In this document: piece by piece, positions 18,031 through 26,994 of the stretch | Numbering within the stretch: position 1 is the stretch's first letter | Layout: each line of letters opens with the position of its first letter | DNA from: Candidatus Woesebacteria bacterium RBG_16_42_24 | GTDB lineage: Bacteria; Patescibacteriota; Microgenomatia; UBA8517 | Length of the DNA: 64,000 nt | Direction: 5' to 3' | NCBI GenBank assembly: GCA_001792115.1 | Contig: MGFX01000006.1 | Location: 146,537-210,536 of the forward strand | Program-made: the position numbers and the translations under genes | Notes under the pieces: model-generated | Database searches by the model: none | Seen by the model: only the letters and a program-made list of their open reading frames with translations | Told to the model about the DNA's origin: nothing

Positions 18031-19770
18031 ATGGCTGCCCAAATGGCGGTTTCTTCGGCGGTAAATGGAGACAGTGCCAAGACCTTGGCTGACATTCTAG
18101 TTACCCAGGGGGCTTTTAGCGTAGATCTAGCCAAGCAAGTAAAACTCGCGGAGGTCCAAACGGGCAAATCCCAAGAAGAGATATTAAAGTCTCAGAATCT
18201 TGTGTCTGAAACCGACCTGGTTAAGGCCAAAGCTGCACTTTATAACATTCCCTACGTCGATTTGGCAAATTTACCCGCTTCTCCCGAAGCTCTCGCGGTC
18301 CTTCCTCAAGAAGTTGCAGAAAAGTTTAAGGTATTCCCTATTTCGGTAGATTCTGCTCAAAAACAACTGATACTTGCGATGACAGATCCGATGGATCTTA
18401 CCGCCATCGAATTTATTGAACAAAAAGCGTCATTAAGAGTTAAACCAGTAGCTGCAGAACCAACCAAAATTGCTGAATTTATCGTCTCCCGTTATTCAAC
18501 CTCCCTGGCCGAAGAGGTTACGGAGGCCCTGAAAGAAGTTGGCCCAGAGGGAGGAAATCTAAAGATTTTTGATACTACAAGGGTGGGCCTAATCAGGGAG
18601 GAGAAAATTGCCGAAATAGTTTCTCATATCCTGGAATTTGCCATGAAATCTCGCTCCTCCGATGTACATATAGAACCCCAGGAAAAGTCGACTAGAGTGC
18701 GCTATCGAATAGATGGAATATTGCAGGAAAAGCTTACTACTCCAAAAGATTTGCACGAAGCATTAGTTTCGAGGATAAAAATTCTATCTGGAATGAAGAT
18801 CGACGAAAGAAGGATTCCTCAAGATGGGAGGTTTAATTTTAAAGCCGGGGGGGAGGAAGTCGACCTTCGTGTTTCGTCTCTTCCCACCGCCTGGGGAGAA
18901 AAGATGGTTTTAAGGCTTCTTAAAAAATCCGGGGGGGTACCGTCTTTACCCGAACTTGGACTCCGCGGTCGCGCTCTTAAAAATTTAGAAGATGCAATTT
19001 TGCGCCCCCATGGAATTATTATCCTTTGTGGCCCCACAGGAAGCGGGAAAACAACGACTCTTTATTCAGTTATTACAAAAATCTCAACGCCCAAAGTAAA
19101 TATTATTACCCTGGAAGACCCTATCGAGTATAAGATTGCGGGGGTAAATCAGGTTCAGATTAATCCTGCGGCCGGACTGTCTTTTGCCTCGGGACTAAGG
19201 AGTTTTTTAAGGCAAGACCCGAATATTATTTTGGTCGGAGAAATTCGTGATAAAGAAACCGCAGATTTGGCAATACAGGCCTCATTAACCGGTCACTTGG
19301 TTTTTTCTACGCTTCATACTAACGATGCCTCGGGTGCCCTCCCCAGACTTATTGATATGGGAGCAGAGCCCTACCTTCTGGCTTCGTCGATAACCGCAAT
19401 TGTTGGTCAAAGAGTCGTCAGGCAAATACACAAAGATTGTAAAGTAGGATATTCCCCAGACCCTAAGGTGCTAGCCGATATGAAGGCGGTACTTGGGAGC
19501 TTGTGGCCGGTGGGGCGCGATGGACAGCTTTATAAAGGCGGAGGAGACGCGGAATGTGACAATTCAGGGTATTTCGGAAGAATCGGAATTTTTGAGGTAT
19601 TGCCAGTCAGCGAAAAAATTAGTAGGCTAATATTGGAGAGGGCAGCGAGTTCCGCCATTGAGCGTGAAGCCCGCGAAGAGGGAATGATTACTCTTAAACA
19701 AGACGGGTATTTGAAGGTCTTAGAGGGGCTCTCAACAATTGAAGAGGTTCTTAGAGTCGCCCAAGAATAA
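18031..19770 (+). CDS. pilB: Type IV pilus assembly ATPase PilB (GspE family, with N-terminal T2SSE_N domain)
   Basis: 579 aa; Walker A GPTGSGKTT, Asp box, His box HTNDA. Confidence 0.9.
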   Translation: MAAQMAVSSAVNGDSAKTLADILVTQGAFSVDLAKQVKLAEVQTGKSQEEILKSQNLVSETDLVKAKAALYNIPYVDLANLPASPEALAVLPQEVAEKFKVFPISVDSAQKQLILAMTDPMDLTAIEFIEQKASLRVKPVAAEPTKIAEFIVSRYSTSLAEEVTEALKEVGPEGGNLKIFDTTRVGLIREEKIAEIVSHILEFAMKSRSSDVHIEPQEKSTRVRYRIDGILQEKLTTPKDLHEALVSRIKILSGMKIDERRIPQDGRFNFKAGGEEVDLRVSSLPTAWGEKMVLRLLKKSGGVPSLPELGLRGRALKNLEDAILRPHGIIILCGPTGSGKTTTLYSVITKISTPKVNIITLEDPIEYKIAGVNQVQINPAAGLSFASGLRSFLRQDPNIILVGEIRDKETADLAIQASLTGHLVFSTLHTNDASGALPRLIDMGAEPYLLASSITAIVGQRVVRQIHKDCKVGYSPDPKVLADMKAVLGSLWPVGRDGQLYKGGGDAECDNSGYFGRIGIFEVLPVSEKISRLILERAASSAIEREAREEGMITLKQDGYLKVLEGLSTIEEVLRVAQE

Positions 19771-19775
19771 TACAG

Positions 19776-20840
19776 ATGAGTAATATAAAACATTTGCTTG
19801 AGCTCACGGTCGAAAGGAATGCTTCCGACCTTCACGCAATTAACGGTATTCCGCCAACCTTAAGAATAGAAGGCCAACTCCACCCCGTACCTAATGAGGC
19901 TGTTTCAACGCCCGACACAATCTATTCCTATCTTAAAGAGATTCTTTCTACGGAGATGCTCGAGAGGCTCGTTGTCAATAAAGAAATAGACTTTTCCCTT
20001 GCCTTTTCCGAGAAAGCCAGATTCAGGGTAAATGCCTACTCAACAAAGGGGTCTTTTGCAATTTCATTTAGAAAAATTCCGCTTGAAATACCCGAAATAG
20101 ACTCTTTGGGGCTTCCGAAAATTCTGCATTCGTTCACTTCCCTACGCCAAGGATTTATTTTGGTGACAGGCCCAACCGGACACGGAAAGTCGACGACAAT
20201 TGCTGCCGTACTTGATGAGATAAACCATACTCGGGAAACTCACATCATCACAATTGAGGACCCCATCGAATTTATCTTCAAATCTCAAAAATCGATAATT
20301 TCCCAAAGGGAGATGGGGGTCGACACGCACTCTTGGCAGATTGCCTTAAGAAGTGTTCTTAGAGAAGACCCCGACGTAGTTTTAGTCGGGGAAATGAGGG
20401 ATTATGAGACCATTGCGGCGGCTCTCACCGTAGCTGAAACGGGCCATTTAGTTTTTGCCACATTACACACAAACTCCGCTGCTCAGACGATAGATAGAAT
20501 TGTAGACGTGTTTCCGGACGAGCAACAGGAGCAGGTGCGCCTCCAGCTTTCAAACGTCATTGAGGCCGTATTTTCCATGAGACTTGTTCCCGGTACTACT
20601 GGAAACAGGGTTGTTGCCTATGAAATGATGTTGGGTTCCCCGGCAATCAAAACTGCCATTCGCGATGGCAAGACCCACCAAATAGACAATATTTTACAGA
20701 CTTCACAAGAGATTGGCATGAACACCCTGGAAGTATCCCTCGCCTCTTTAATCAAAAGCGGGAAGGTAAATCTTGAGACCGCCCAATCCTACTCCTTAAG
20801 ACCGGAAGAGTTAAACAGACTTATCCGCTCCGCCAGATAG
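19776..20840 (+). CDS. pilT: Twitching-motility retraction ATPase PilT
   Basis: 354 aa; GPTGHGKSTT Walker A; PilT-type AIRDGK region. Confidence 0.85.
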   Translation: MSNIKHLLELTVERNASDLHAINGIPPTLRIEGQLHPVPNEAVSTPDTIYSYLKEILSTEMLERLVVNKEIDFSLAFSEKARFRVNAYSTKGSFAISFRKIPLEIPEIDSLGLPKILHSFTSLRQGFILVTGPTGHGKSTTIAAVLDEINHTRETHIITIEDPIEFIFKSQKSIISQREMGVDTHSWQIALRSVLREDPDVVLVGEMRDYETIAAALTVAETGHLVFATLHTNSAAQTIDRIVDVFPDEQQEQVRLQLSNVIEAVFSMRLVPGTTGNRVVAYEMMLGSPAIKTAIRDGKTHQIDNILQTSQEIGMNTLEVSLASLIKSGKVNLETAQSYSLRPEELNRLIRSAR

Positions 20841-20845
20841 TCAAT

Positions 20846-22057
20846 ATGCAAAGGTATAGATATAAAGCCAAGAATAGAAATGGGGACATAGTAGCCGGGG
20901 AGGTAGAAGCCTCCACCTCGCTTTTGGCCGCAAAACTCGTTCGTCAAAAAGGCTTGGTAGTTATTTCTATAACGCCTATATCAAAAGGCATACTGGATCT
21001 ATTTGCCAAAGTAAGAGACAACATTTCCTATGGAGACCTGGCTGTATTCACCAGACAGCTTGCAACCATGATCAACGCGGGCCTTCCTCTTACCGAGGCA
21101 CTACTTATATTAAGAGCTCAGTCAAAGCCCGCTTTACAAAAAATTGTTGCTCAGGTTTTGGCAGACGTTGAGGGCGGAACAGCTCTCTCCTCGGCTTTCG
21201 CTAAACACTCGAGGGTTTTTTCTCCCTCGTATATTGCCTTGGTACGCTCGGGTGAGGTAGGAGGACTTTTAGATACTGTTTTGGTAAGACTCGCCGACAA
21301 TATGGAAAAAGAGCAAGAGTTTAGAGGTAAGGTAAAGGGGGCACTCATTTACCCCGCAATTATTGTGGCCGGAATGTTTATTGTGGGGTTTATTATGATG
21401 GTCTTTGTCATCCCCAGACTTCTTAGCCTATACACGGAATTTGGCGCAAAAATTGAGCTTCCGTTTCCGACACGGGTGTTAATGTTTGTTTCTGGAGCAT
21501 TGTCGAAATTCTGGCCAATTCTTCTTATCTTAACCGGCGCGGCAATATATGGATATGGGTTATATAGAAAGTCCCCGAAAGGAAGAAGAAAAACCGATGA
21601 GCTTCTTTTTAAAATTCCTATTTGGGGGGAGCTTCAAAGACAAATTATATTAACCGAGCTAACCAGGACCCTTTCTTTGTTAGTTGGAGCGGGAGTTTCT
21701 ATTCTTGAGAGCTTGCAAATAACCTCTGAAGTTGTACCGAACGTAGTCATATCCGATGCCCTTAAAGACGTCTCCAAGCAGGTAGAAAAAGGATTTCCTG
21801 TCGCCTATTCTTTTGCCAAACACCCCGACGCTTTCCCTTTTATTCTCTCCCAGATGATCTCGGTCGGAGAGGAAACGGGGAAAATGGACGAGGTATTATC
21901 AAAAGTTTCCCACATTTTTGAAGTTGAGAGCGATCAAAAAGTTAAAACCCTAACCAGCTCAATCGAGCCTATAATTATGATTTTCCTCGGGGTCGGAGTC
22001 GGATTTTTGGTAGTAGCCATTATTTTGCCGATTTACAACCTGACGACCCAATTATAA
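20846..22057 (+). CDS. pilC: Type IV pilus platform protein PilC (GspF family)
   Basis: 403 aa; two T2SS-F repeats, 3 TM helices. Confidence 0.85.
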   Translation: MQRYRYKAKNRNGDIVAGEVEASTSLLAAKLVRQKGLVVISITPISKGILDLFAKVRDNISYGDLAVFTRQLATMINAGLPLTEALLILRAQSKPALQKIVAQVLADVEGGTALSSAFAKHSRVFSPSYIALVRSGEVGGLLDTVLVRLADNMEKEQEFRGKVKGALIYPAIIVAGMFIVGFIMMVFVIPRLLSLYTEFGAKIELPFPTRVLMFVSGALSKFWPILLILTGAAIYGYGLYRKSPKGRRKTDELLFKIPIWGELQRQIILTELTRTLSLLVGAGVSILESLQITSEVVPNVVISDALKDVSKQVEKGFPVAYSFAKHPDAFPFILSQMISVGEETGKMDEVLSKVSHIFEVESDQKVKTLTSSIEPIIMIFLGVGVGFLVVAIILPIYNLTTQL

Positions 22058-22255
22058 AGGATAGTAAAGATTGCTCGGAGAACGCCTTTCTCAAAAACAC
22101 TCGTCGAGTTAGTTCTCGTTCGGCAGTTTTGCCCACTCCTCACTTAGCGTCTCGCCAGCCCGAATTCTCTTACTAGATTTAGGCTCTTTCTGGGGCTGGT
22201 TCGACATATTTTTCGAAAGGGCCCTCCTCGCTCACTCGCTATTGGTATAGGGTAC

Positions 22256-22290
22256 TTGACAGGGGCGTAAACTTATTTGATACTGAATAT
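22256..22290 (+). promoter_or_regulatory. Candidate sigma70 promoter for the major pilin (TTGACA-17-GATACT) inside a 288-nt leader region
   Basis: TTGACAggggcgtaaacttatttGATACT read directly; strong SD GAGGGGGTG precedes the ATG at 22345. Confidence 0.4.
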
Positions 22291-22344
22291 AGACTACTTT
22301 TTGTTTCCTTTAAGAAGCGAGAGGGGGTGAAATTTGACTAAAAT

Positions 22345-22899
22345 ATGACTGCCCGATTTAAAGGTTTTACACTCGTAGAACTTCTTATTGTTATCGCAAT
22401 CATCGGAGTTTTGGCGGTTGTAGTTCTTATCGCCATTAACCCGGTGGAGCAATTAGCCAAAACCAGGGATGCGGGAAGAATTTCGACTGTCACCCAGCTT
22501 GGACACGCTGTACAGGCGTATTACACGTCACATGCAACCCAGACAGACCCATATCCTTTGGCGGCTACCTGGAACGCTGATTTGACGGCATCTGGAGAAC
22601 TTACCGTATTTCCGAGTGGAATAGCTTATACCGGAAGCCCTGACGTTTGTACTGAGAACGACGAACCTGGGACTGACGCAACCTACTGCTACGACTTGGA
22701 TTTATCAGGAGCAATACCTCCCGGGGCAATTGTTTACTCTCGATTGGAATCACTGAACCAGAACAACAAGTGTACTAGTCCGGATATAGCTTTTGTTCTA
22801 TTCTCAACTGCAGACGGACGTGGAGGAGTTGTGTGTGCTGCTGATGCACTCCCGGGAAGCATTAACCCACTAAACTCTGGACTCTTTGATTACAAGTAA
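22345..22899 (+). CDS. Type IV major pilin candidate (class III signal peptide)
   Basis: 184 aa; MTARFKG/FTLVELLIVIAIIGVLA prepilin leader and N-terminal helix. Confidence 0.85.
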   Translation: MTARFKGFTLVELLIVIAIIGVLAVVVLIAINPVEQLAKTRDAGRISTVTQLGHAVQAYYTSHATQTDPYPLAATWNADLTASGELTVFPSGIAYTGSPDVCTENDEPGTDATYCYDLDLSGAIPPGAIVYSRLESLNQNNKCTSPDIAFVLFSTADGRGGVVCAADALPGSINPLNSGLFDYK

Positions 22900-22981
22900 A
22901 GGTTGCTTGGCTAGGAGTTTATACGAAAGCGCCAGAAGAGCTACTTAAAGTATAAGTGGCAGCTGGCGCTAGCGTATTGAA

Positions 22982-23773
22982 ATGGAACTAATTTATACTT
23001 TTTTAGTCCTCATCTTGGGCCTAGCCGTGGGTTCATTCGTCTCGGCTCTCACCTATAGAGTCCCCAGGGGAATAAGTATTGCCAAGGGTCGCTCATTTTG
23101 CCCCAAATGCAGCGCCAAAATTTCCTGGTATGACAATATTCCCCTTCTCTCCTATTTGGCCTTAGGGGGAAAATGTAGGAGATGCAAAGAGAAAATTTCC
23201 CTGCGCTACCCCCTGATAGAGGGAGCGACTGCTCTCGGTTTCCTATACCTTTTTTCCTATAGCTGTCCCCCGGGAAGCTTTGAAGTAGCCTGTCTTTGGA
23301 AGAGTGCTACCGGAAGCCTTTATTTGCCATTTTTACTTTTTATTTTTACCTTAATGACGGCCATTTTCGTCATCGATTTGGAGAGTCAAATTATTCCTGA
23401 CAGCTTGGTTTTTACCCTTTTTATCTCAACTTTTCTAATTTTAATCAGCACAGACCTTCCAATCTTTACCCACCTTGTATCTGGATTTAGCGCGGCGCTT
23501 TTTCTTCTTGTTCTTTTTTTAATCACCAAACAAAAAGGAATGGGGTTGGGAGATGTTAAACTCGCCCTTTTTGCTGGGGCCTTTTTAGGATGGCCCCACA
23601 CGGTTACTTGGCTTTTTGCTAGTTTTGTACTTGGAGCAGTGGTGGGAGTTATCTTAATACTTCTTAAGAAAGCCTCTTTCGGAAAACACATTCCCTTCGG
23701 ACCCTTTTTGGTAGTATCCTTTTTTGTAAGCGTGTTTTTTGGAGAAAGGATTTTAGCCTGGTTAAATTTCTAA
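22982..23773 (+). CDS. pilD: Prepilin peptidase PilD (A24 family)
   Basis: 263 aa; tetra-Cys CPKC...CRRC zinc motif, polytopic, GLGDVKL catalytic region. Confidence 0.85.
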   Translation: MELIYTFLVLILGLAVGSFVSALTYRVPRGISIAKGRSFCPKCSAKISWYDNIPLLSYLALGGKCRRCKEKISLRYPLIEGATALGFLYLFSYSCPPGSFEVACLWKSATGSLYLPFLLFIFTLMTAIFVIDLESQIIPDSLVFTLFISTFLILISTDLPIFTHLVSGFSAALFLLVLFLITKQKGMGLGDVKLALFAGAFLGWPHTVTWLFASFVLGAVVGVILILLKKASFGKHIPFGPFLVVSFFVSVFFGERILAWLNF

Positions 23774-23780
23774 ATAAGGA

Positions 23781-24395
23781 ATGAAATTTTTCACTAAACA
23801 AGAACTGTTCGCGATTTTTGCCATTCTTCTTGTAATAATTTTAATCTCTCTTGCCAACTTTAAGGTTTCTTTAAGACGAGCCCGGGATGCCCAAAGAAAA
23901 AATGACATCGGGGCAATAGCAGACGGGCTTAATCGCTACGCAAATGATTTTGCCAAATATCCTCTCGCCTCCCCCGATGGGAAAATTTTAGCTTGTCGGC
24001 CGGTAATTTCTGAAGATAAAAACAAAAGAAAAATAGTCGAATTTGAACCTTGTGAATGGGAGAAAGACGCACTTGCCGACGCCCTGGACCCTACTTTCCC
24101 CAGCTATATCAAAAATTTGCCATCCGATCCACAAGACGATCTGGGCGTAAGCTATTTATATTTATCAAATGGAGCCAGATTTCAAATTTATGCGGTTCTT
24201 GAGGGAGTGGACGAGGACGAATATGACCCTAAAATAGTTGCCAGGAACTTAATGTGCGGGATAAGGATTTGTAATTTTGGCCGCTCAACAGGAGTTCCTC
24301 TTGATAAATCTATTGAAGAATACGAAAATGAATTAATAATAGAAAATTCCAAATTCCAACGACAAAGTCGGTTACTCTTTCCAAATGCCAAATAA
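23781..24395 (+). CDS. Pseudopilin / minor pilin-like protein (GspG-like helix)
   Basis: 204 aa; N-terminal hydrophobic helix then RARDAQRKNDIGAIADGL typical of T2SS/T4P pseudopilins. Confidence 0.65.
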   Translation: MKFFTKQELFAIFAILLVIILISLANFKVSLRRARDAQRKNDIGAIADGLNRYANDFAKYPLASPDGKILACRPVISEDKNKRKIVEFEPCEWEKDALADALDPTFPSYIKNLPSDPQDDLGVSYLYLSNGARFQIYAVLEGVDEDEYDPKIVARNLMCGIRICNFGRSTGVPLDKSIEEYENELIIENSKFQRQSRLLFPNAK

Positions 24396-24936
24396 ATATC
24401 AAAATTCTAAATTCATATTTGCTAGTTTGAAATATAAATTTAACTGGAAATTGGAAACTGGAAATTGGAAACTGGTTCGCGGTTTCACCTTAATAGAACT
24501 TTTGCTGGTTATATCTATTATCGGGATATTGGCCACATTCACCCTCTTTTATTATCCCTCAGCCCAAAAGCAGGCCAGAGACGCACAGAGAAGGTCGGAT
24601 ATTAAACAATACCAGACACTTCTTGAAACTTTTGCGGGAAGTAATAACAATCTTTATCCATCAAGAACTACCATTCGGCGCCCCGACGAGCTTTGCGGCA
24701 GCTGTGGTGCTGCTTGCCCCCTTGGACAGCTCAGTTGTCCCCGGGATCCTTCAAGTACTACTTATGAATATTCCTACCTAAGTAACGGGACAGGAAGCCC
24801 CAACAACACAGCAACGCAATATGTCTTGTGGACTACTTTAGAAAATATCCCCATTACAACTTATTGGATTGTTTGTTCCAGCGGAAGGACCGGTACCAGC
24901 ACAGTCGTTCCCCCTAATTCTGACTGCCCAATATGA
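24385..24936 (+). CDS. Pilin-like protein with prepilin leader ...WKLVRG/FTLIELLLVISIIGILA
   Basis: 183 aa; canonical GFTLIE motif; leader partly encoded by heptanucleotide repeats. Confidence 0.75.
   Translation: MPNKYQNSKFIFASLKYKFNWKLETGNWKLVRGFTLIELLLVISIIGILATFTLFYYPSAQKQARDAQRRSDIKQYQTLLETFAGSNNNLYPSRTTIRRPDELCGSCGAACPLGQLSCPRDPSSTTYEYSYLSNGTGSPNNTATQYVLWTTLENIPITTYWIVCSSGRTGTSTVVPPNSDCPI
24444..24475 (+). repeat. Heptanucleotide tandem repeat (YTGGAAA)x4 inside the leader-peptide coding region of 24385..24936
   Basis: ctggaaa ttggaaa ctggaaa ttggaaa ctgg read directly. Confidence 0.9.
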
Positions 24937-25442
24937 TTAACAGAAACTCAAAACTCAAAACTCAAAACTCAAAATTCCTGCGTGCGCAGGCAGGCAAAAC
25001 TAATTCTACATTCGGTTTTACCCTGATTGAGCTTCTCGTGGTTATATCGATAATTGCCGTTTTGGCCGGGATATCTATTTTCGGACTCCAGGGAGCCCGG
25101 GAGTCTGCAAGGGACGGTCGCAGGAAAGCCGACCTCGAACAAATTCGTGCCGGACTTGAATTATATAAGGCTGACTGCGGCGACTACCCGGCCACGTTAC
25201 CGCCCCCCCCAAATCCGCTTCTTGGAGATAATTCTCCTTCTTCTTGCTTGGCAACCAATACCTATATCTCAAGCGTTCCCGACGACCCCAACCCGGGGCG
25301 GGACTATAATTACGCAAGATTGACTTCTAGAACTTATGAACTTTGTTCAGCCCTTGAGAGAGTAACGTCGCCCAGTGTTTCTTGCGGCGGAGATTCCACC
25401 TGCGGTACGCCAGATTGTACTTATAAAGTAGTAAACCCCTAG
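24933..25442 (+). CDS. Pseudopilin-like protein (GspG-like), leader ...TNSTFG/FTLIELLVVISIIAVLAG
   Basis: 169 aa; GFTLIE motif; QGARESARDGRRKADL pseudopilin helix. Confidence 0.75.
   Translation: MINRNSKLKTQNSKFLRAQAGKTNSTFGFTLIELLVVISIIAVLAGISIFGLQGARESARDGRRKADLEQIRAGLELYKADCGDYPATLPPPPNPLLGDNSPSSCLATNTYISSVPDDPNPGRDYNYARLTSRTYELCSALERVTSPSVSCGGDSTCGTPDCTYKVVNP
24944..24964 (+). repeat. Heptanucleotide tandem repeat (AAACTCA)x3 at codons 4-11 of 24933..25442
   Basis: aaactca aaactca aaactca read directly, 9 nt after the ATG. Confidence 0.9.
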
Positions 25443-25453
25443 AGGACAAAATT

Positions 25454-25474
25454 TAATGACTAATGACTAATGAC
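25454..25474 (+). repeat. Heptanucleotide tandem repeat (TAATGAC)x3 creating three ATGs in three successive frames at the start of 25470..25958
   Basis: taatgac taatgac taatgac; SD AGAGGA at 25441-25446; only the third ATG (25470) is in frame with the pilin. Confidence 0.9.
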
Positions 25475-25958
25475 AAATGAAAGAAAAGGCTATACCCTTG
25501 TTGAAATTTTGGTAGTGATTTCCATCGTCGGCTTACTTTTTGGCGTAGGCTTCGTAAGTTATAGAGAGTTTTCGCGAAGACAAGCACTTGCCGGCGCTGC
25601 GCGGCAGGTTGGGGGCGACCTTAGGCTTGCACAGGAACTTGCCCTTGCCGGGAAAAAGCCAGCCGTTTGTGGAGCAAACGCCTTGGACGGGTACCAGTTC
25701 GTAGTCACCCCCCCCAATTCATACCGGGTCAGAGCCGTATGTAATCTTACTACGGCTATTGAGAAAACCGTTGTTGTCAGTTCCGGGGTGAGCATATCGG
25801 GCTTAGTCCCCGATCTTACTCCGTCCAACACGATTCTCTTTAAGACTTTGAGCGGGGGCACAAATATTCCCGCGGGTACAACAGTAATTACCCTTACCCA
25901 AGATGTAACTGCCGACACTCGTCGAATCACCGTAACTGCAGGAGGAGAAATACGATAA
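25470..25958 (+). CDS. Pseudopilin-like protein (GspH/FimT-like), leader MTNERKG/YTLVEILVVISIVGLL
   Basis: 162 aa; prepilin motif and N-terminal hydrophobic helix. Confidence 0.7.
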   Translation: MTNERKGYTLVEILVVISIVGLLFGVGFVSYREFSRRQALAGAARQVGGDLRLAQELALAGKKPAVCGANALDGYQFVVTPPNSYRVRAVCNLTTAIEKTVVVSSGVSISGLVPDLTPSNTILFKTLSGGTNIPAGTTVITLTQDVTADTRRITVTAGGEIR

Positions 25959-25959
25959 T

Positions 25960-25987
25960 AAACTCAAAACTCAAAACTCAAAACTCA
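25960..25987 (+). repeat. Heptanucleotide tandem repeat (AAACTCA)x4 directly after the stop of 25470..25958
   Basis: Four perfect units read directly. Confidence 0.9.
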
Positions 25988-25996
25988 AAATTATTT

Positions 25997-26017
25997 GGAA
26001 ACTGGAAACTGGAAACT
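25997..26017 (+). repeat. Heptanucleotide tandem repeat (GGAAACT)x3 upstream of / in frame with the 26039 pilin-like gene
   Basis: ggaaact x3 followed by ggaaatt; in-frame translation gives WKLETGN, as in the 24385 leader. Confidence 0.9.
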
Positions 26018-26038
26018 GGAAATTCCTCGCGAAGCGAG

Positions 26039-26467
26039 GTGGGTCAGTCTCTTTTTGAGGTAATTGTAGCCATCGGAGTTATCGCAGCAGTCATTGTGGG
26101 GGTTGTCGTTTTGGCCACGAATTCAATAAGAAATACTACTTTTACGCGAAATAATTCATTAGCAACCCGCTATGCCCAAGAGGCCATTGAGTGGTTGAGA
26201 GGAGAAAGGGACGCAGACTGGGCTACTTTTCGGGCTAATGCAGGGGTTTCCGGTAATAAGTATTGCCTCGATGCCCTTAACTGGACAAAGCCTCAAGCCT
26301 GTAATGCTACCGAAGTAATAAGCGATACTATACTTACCAGAAGTGTAACGTTTTCCAATATTCTTGCGACCCAAGTTAATGCTAACGTCACGGTCTCCTG
26401 GAACGATTCCCAAGGGGCGCACCAGGTGGCAACCAGCACTGTATACACCGATTGGAGGTCGAGGTAA
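26039..26467 (+). CDS. Pilin-like protein (GspI/PilV-like); apparent GTG start, may start upstream
   Basis: 142 aa; G/QSLFEVIVAIGVIAAV prepilin-type N-terminus; no upstream in-frame ATG. Confidence 0.6.
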   Translation: MGQSLFEVIVAIGVIAAVIVGVVVLATNSIRNTTFTRNNSLATRYAQEAIEWLRGERDADWATFRANAGVSGNKYCLDALNWTKPQACNATEVISDTILTRSVTFSNILATQVNANVTVSWNDSQGAHQVATSTVYTDWRSR

Positions 26468-26950
26468 ATGGGAAAAAGGGAAACTGGCGGCTTTTCGGTG
26501 ATTGAGATACTGGTTGTAGTTTTAGTATTTGTAACTCTTGCGGTTTTGGCCACCGAAAGCTTACTTCTTTCACTTAGGGGTTCAAAAAGGTCCGAGTCTT
26601 CAATCGGTGTTAGGGAGAACTTAAACTATGCGCTTTCGATTATGGAGAGACAATTGCACAATGCGGAGAGTATTACCCTTTGTACCCCGACAGAAATTAC
26701 CTATACTGATACCAACGCCCTGACTGCCAAGTTTTCCTGCGACCTTACTAATGGATTTGTAGCATCATCGTCTGCCCAGCTAACCTCAAGCGAAGTAAGA
26801 ATCACTGCCTGTAATTTTACTTGTACTACGGGAAGCGCGGGAATTCCAGCGTCCGTTTCAATTTCGCTTACGGCGGAGGACGCCGACTCGGGAGGCCTTG
26901 AACAGCAACAGGTAACCACCAATACCCAAATAATGCTCAGAACTTATTAG
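26468..26950 (+). CDS. Pseudopilin-like protein (GspJ/PilW-like), leader MGKRETG/GFSVIEILVVVLV
   Basis: 160 aa; GFSVIE prepilin motif. Confidence 0.7.
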   Translation: MGKRETGGFSVIEILVVVLVFVTLAVLATESLLLSLRGSKRSESSIGVRENLNYALSIMERQLHNAESITLCTPTEITYTDTNALTAKFSCDLTNGFVASSSAQLTSSEVRITACNFTCTTGSAGIPASVSISLTAEDADSGGLEQQQVTTNTQIMLRTY

Positions 26951-26994
26951 CTGGTGTTGACCTGGGTTTGTCCCATTGGTAAGATTAATTAGTA

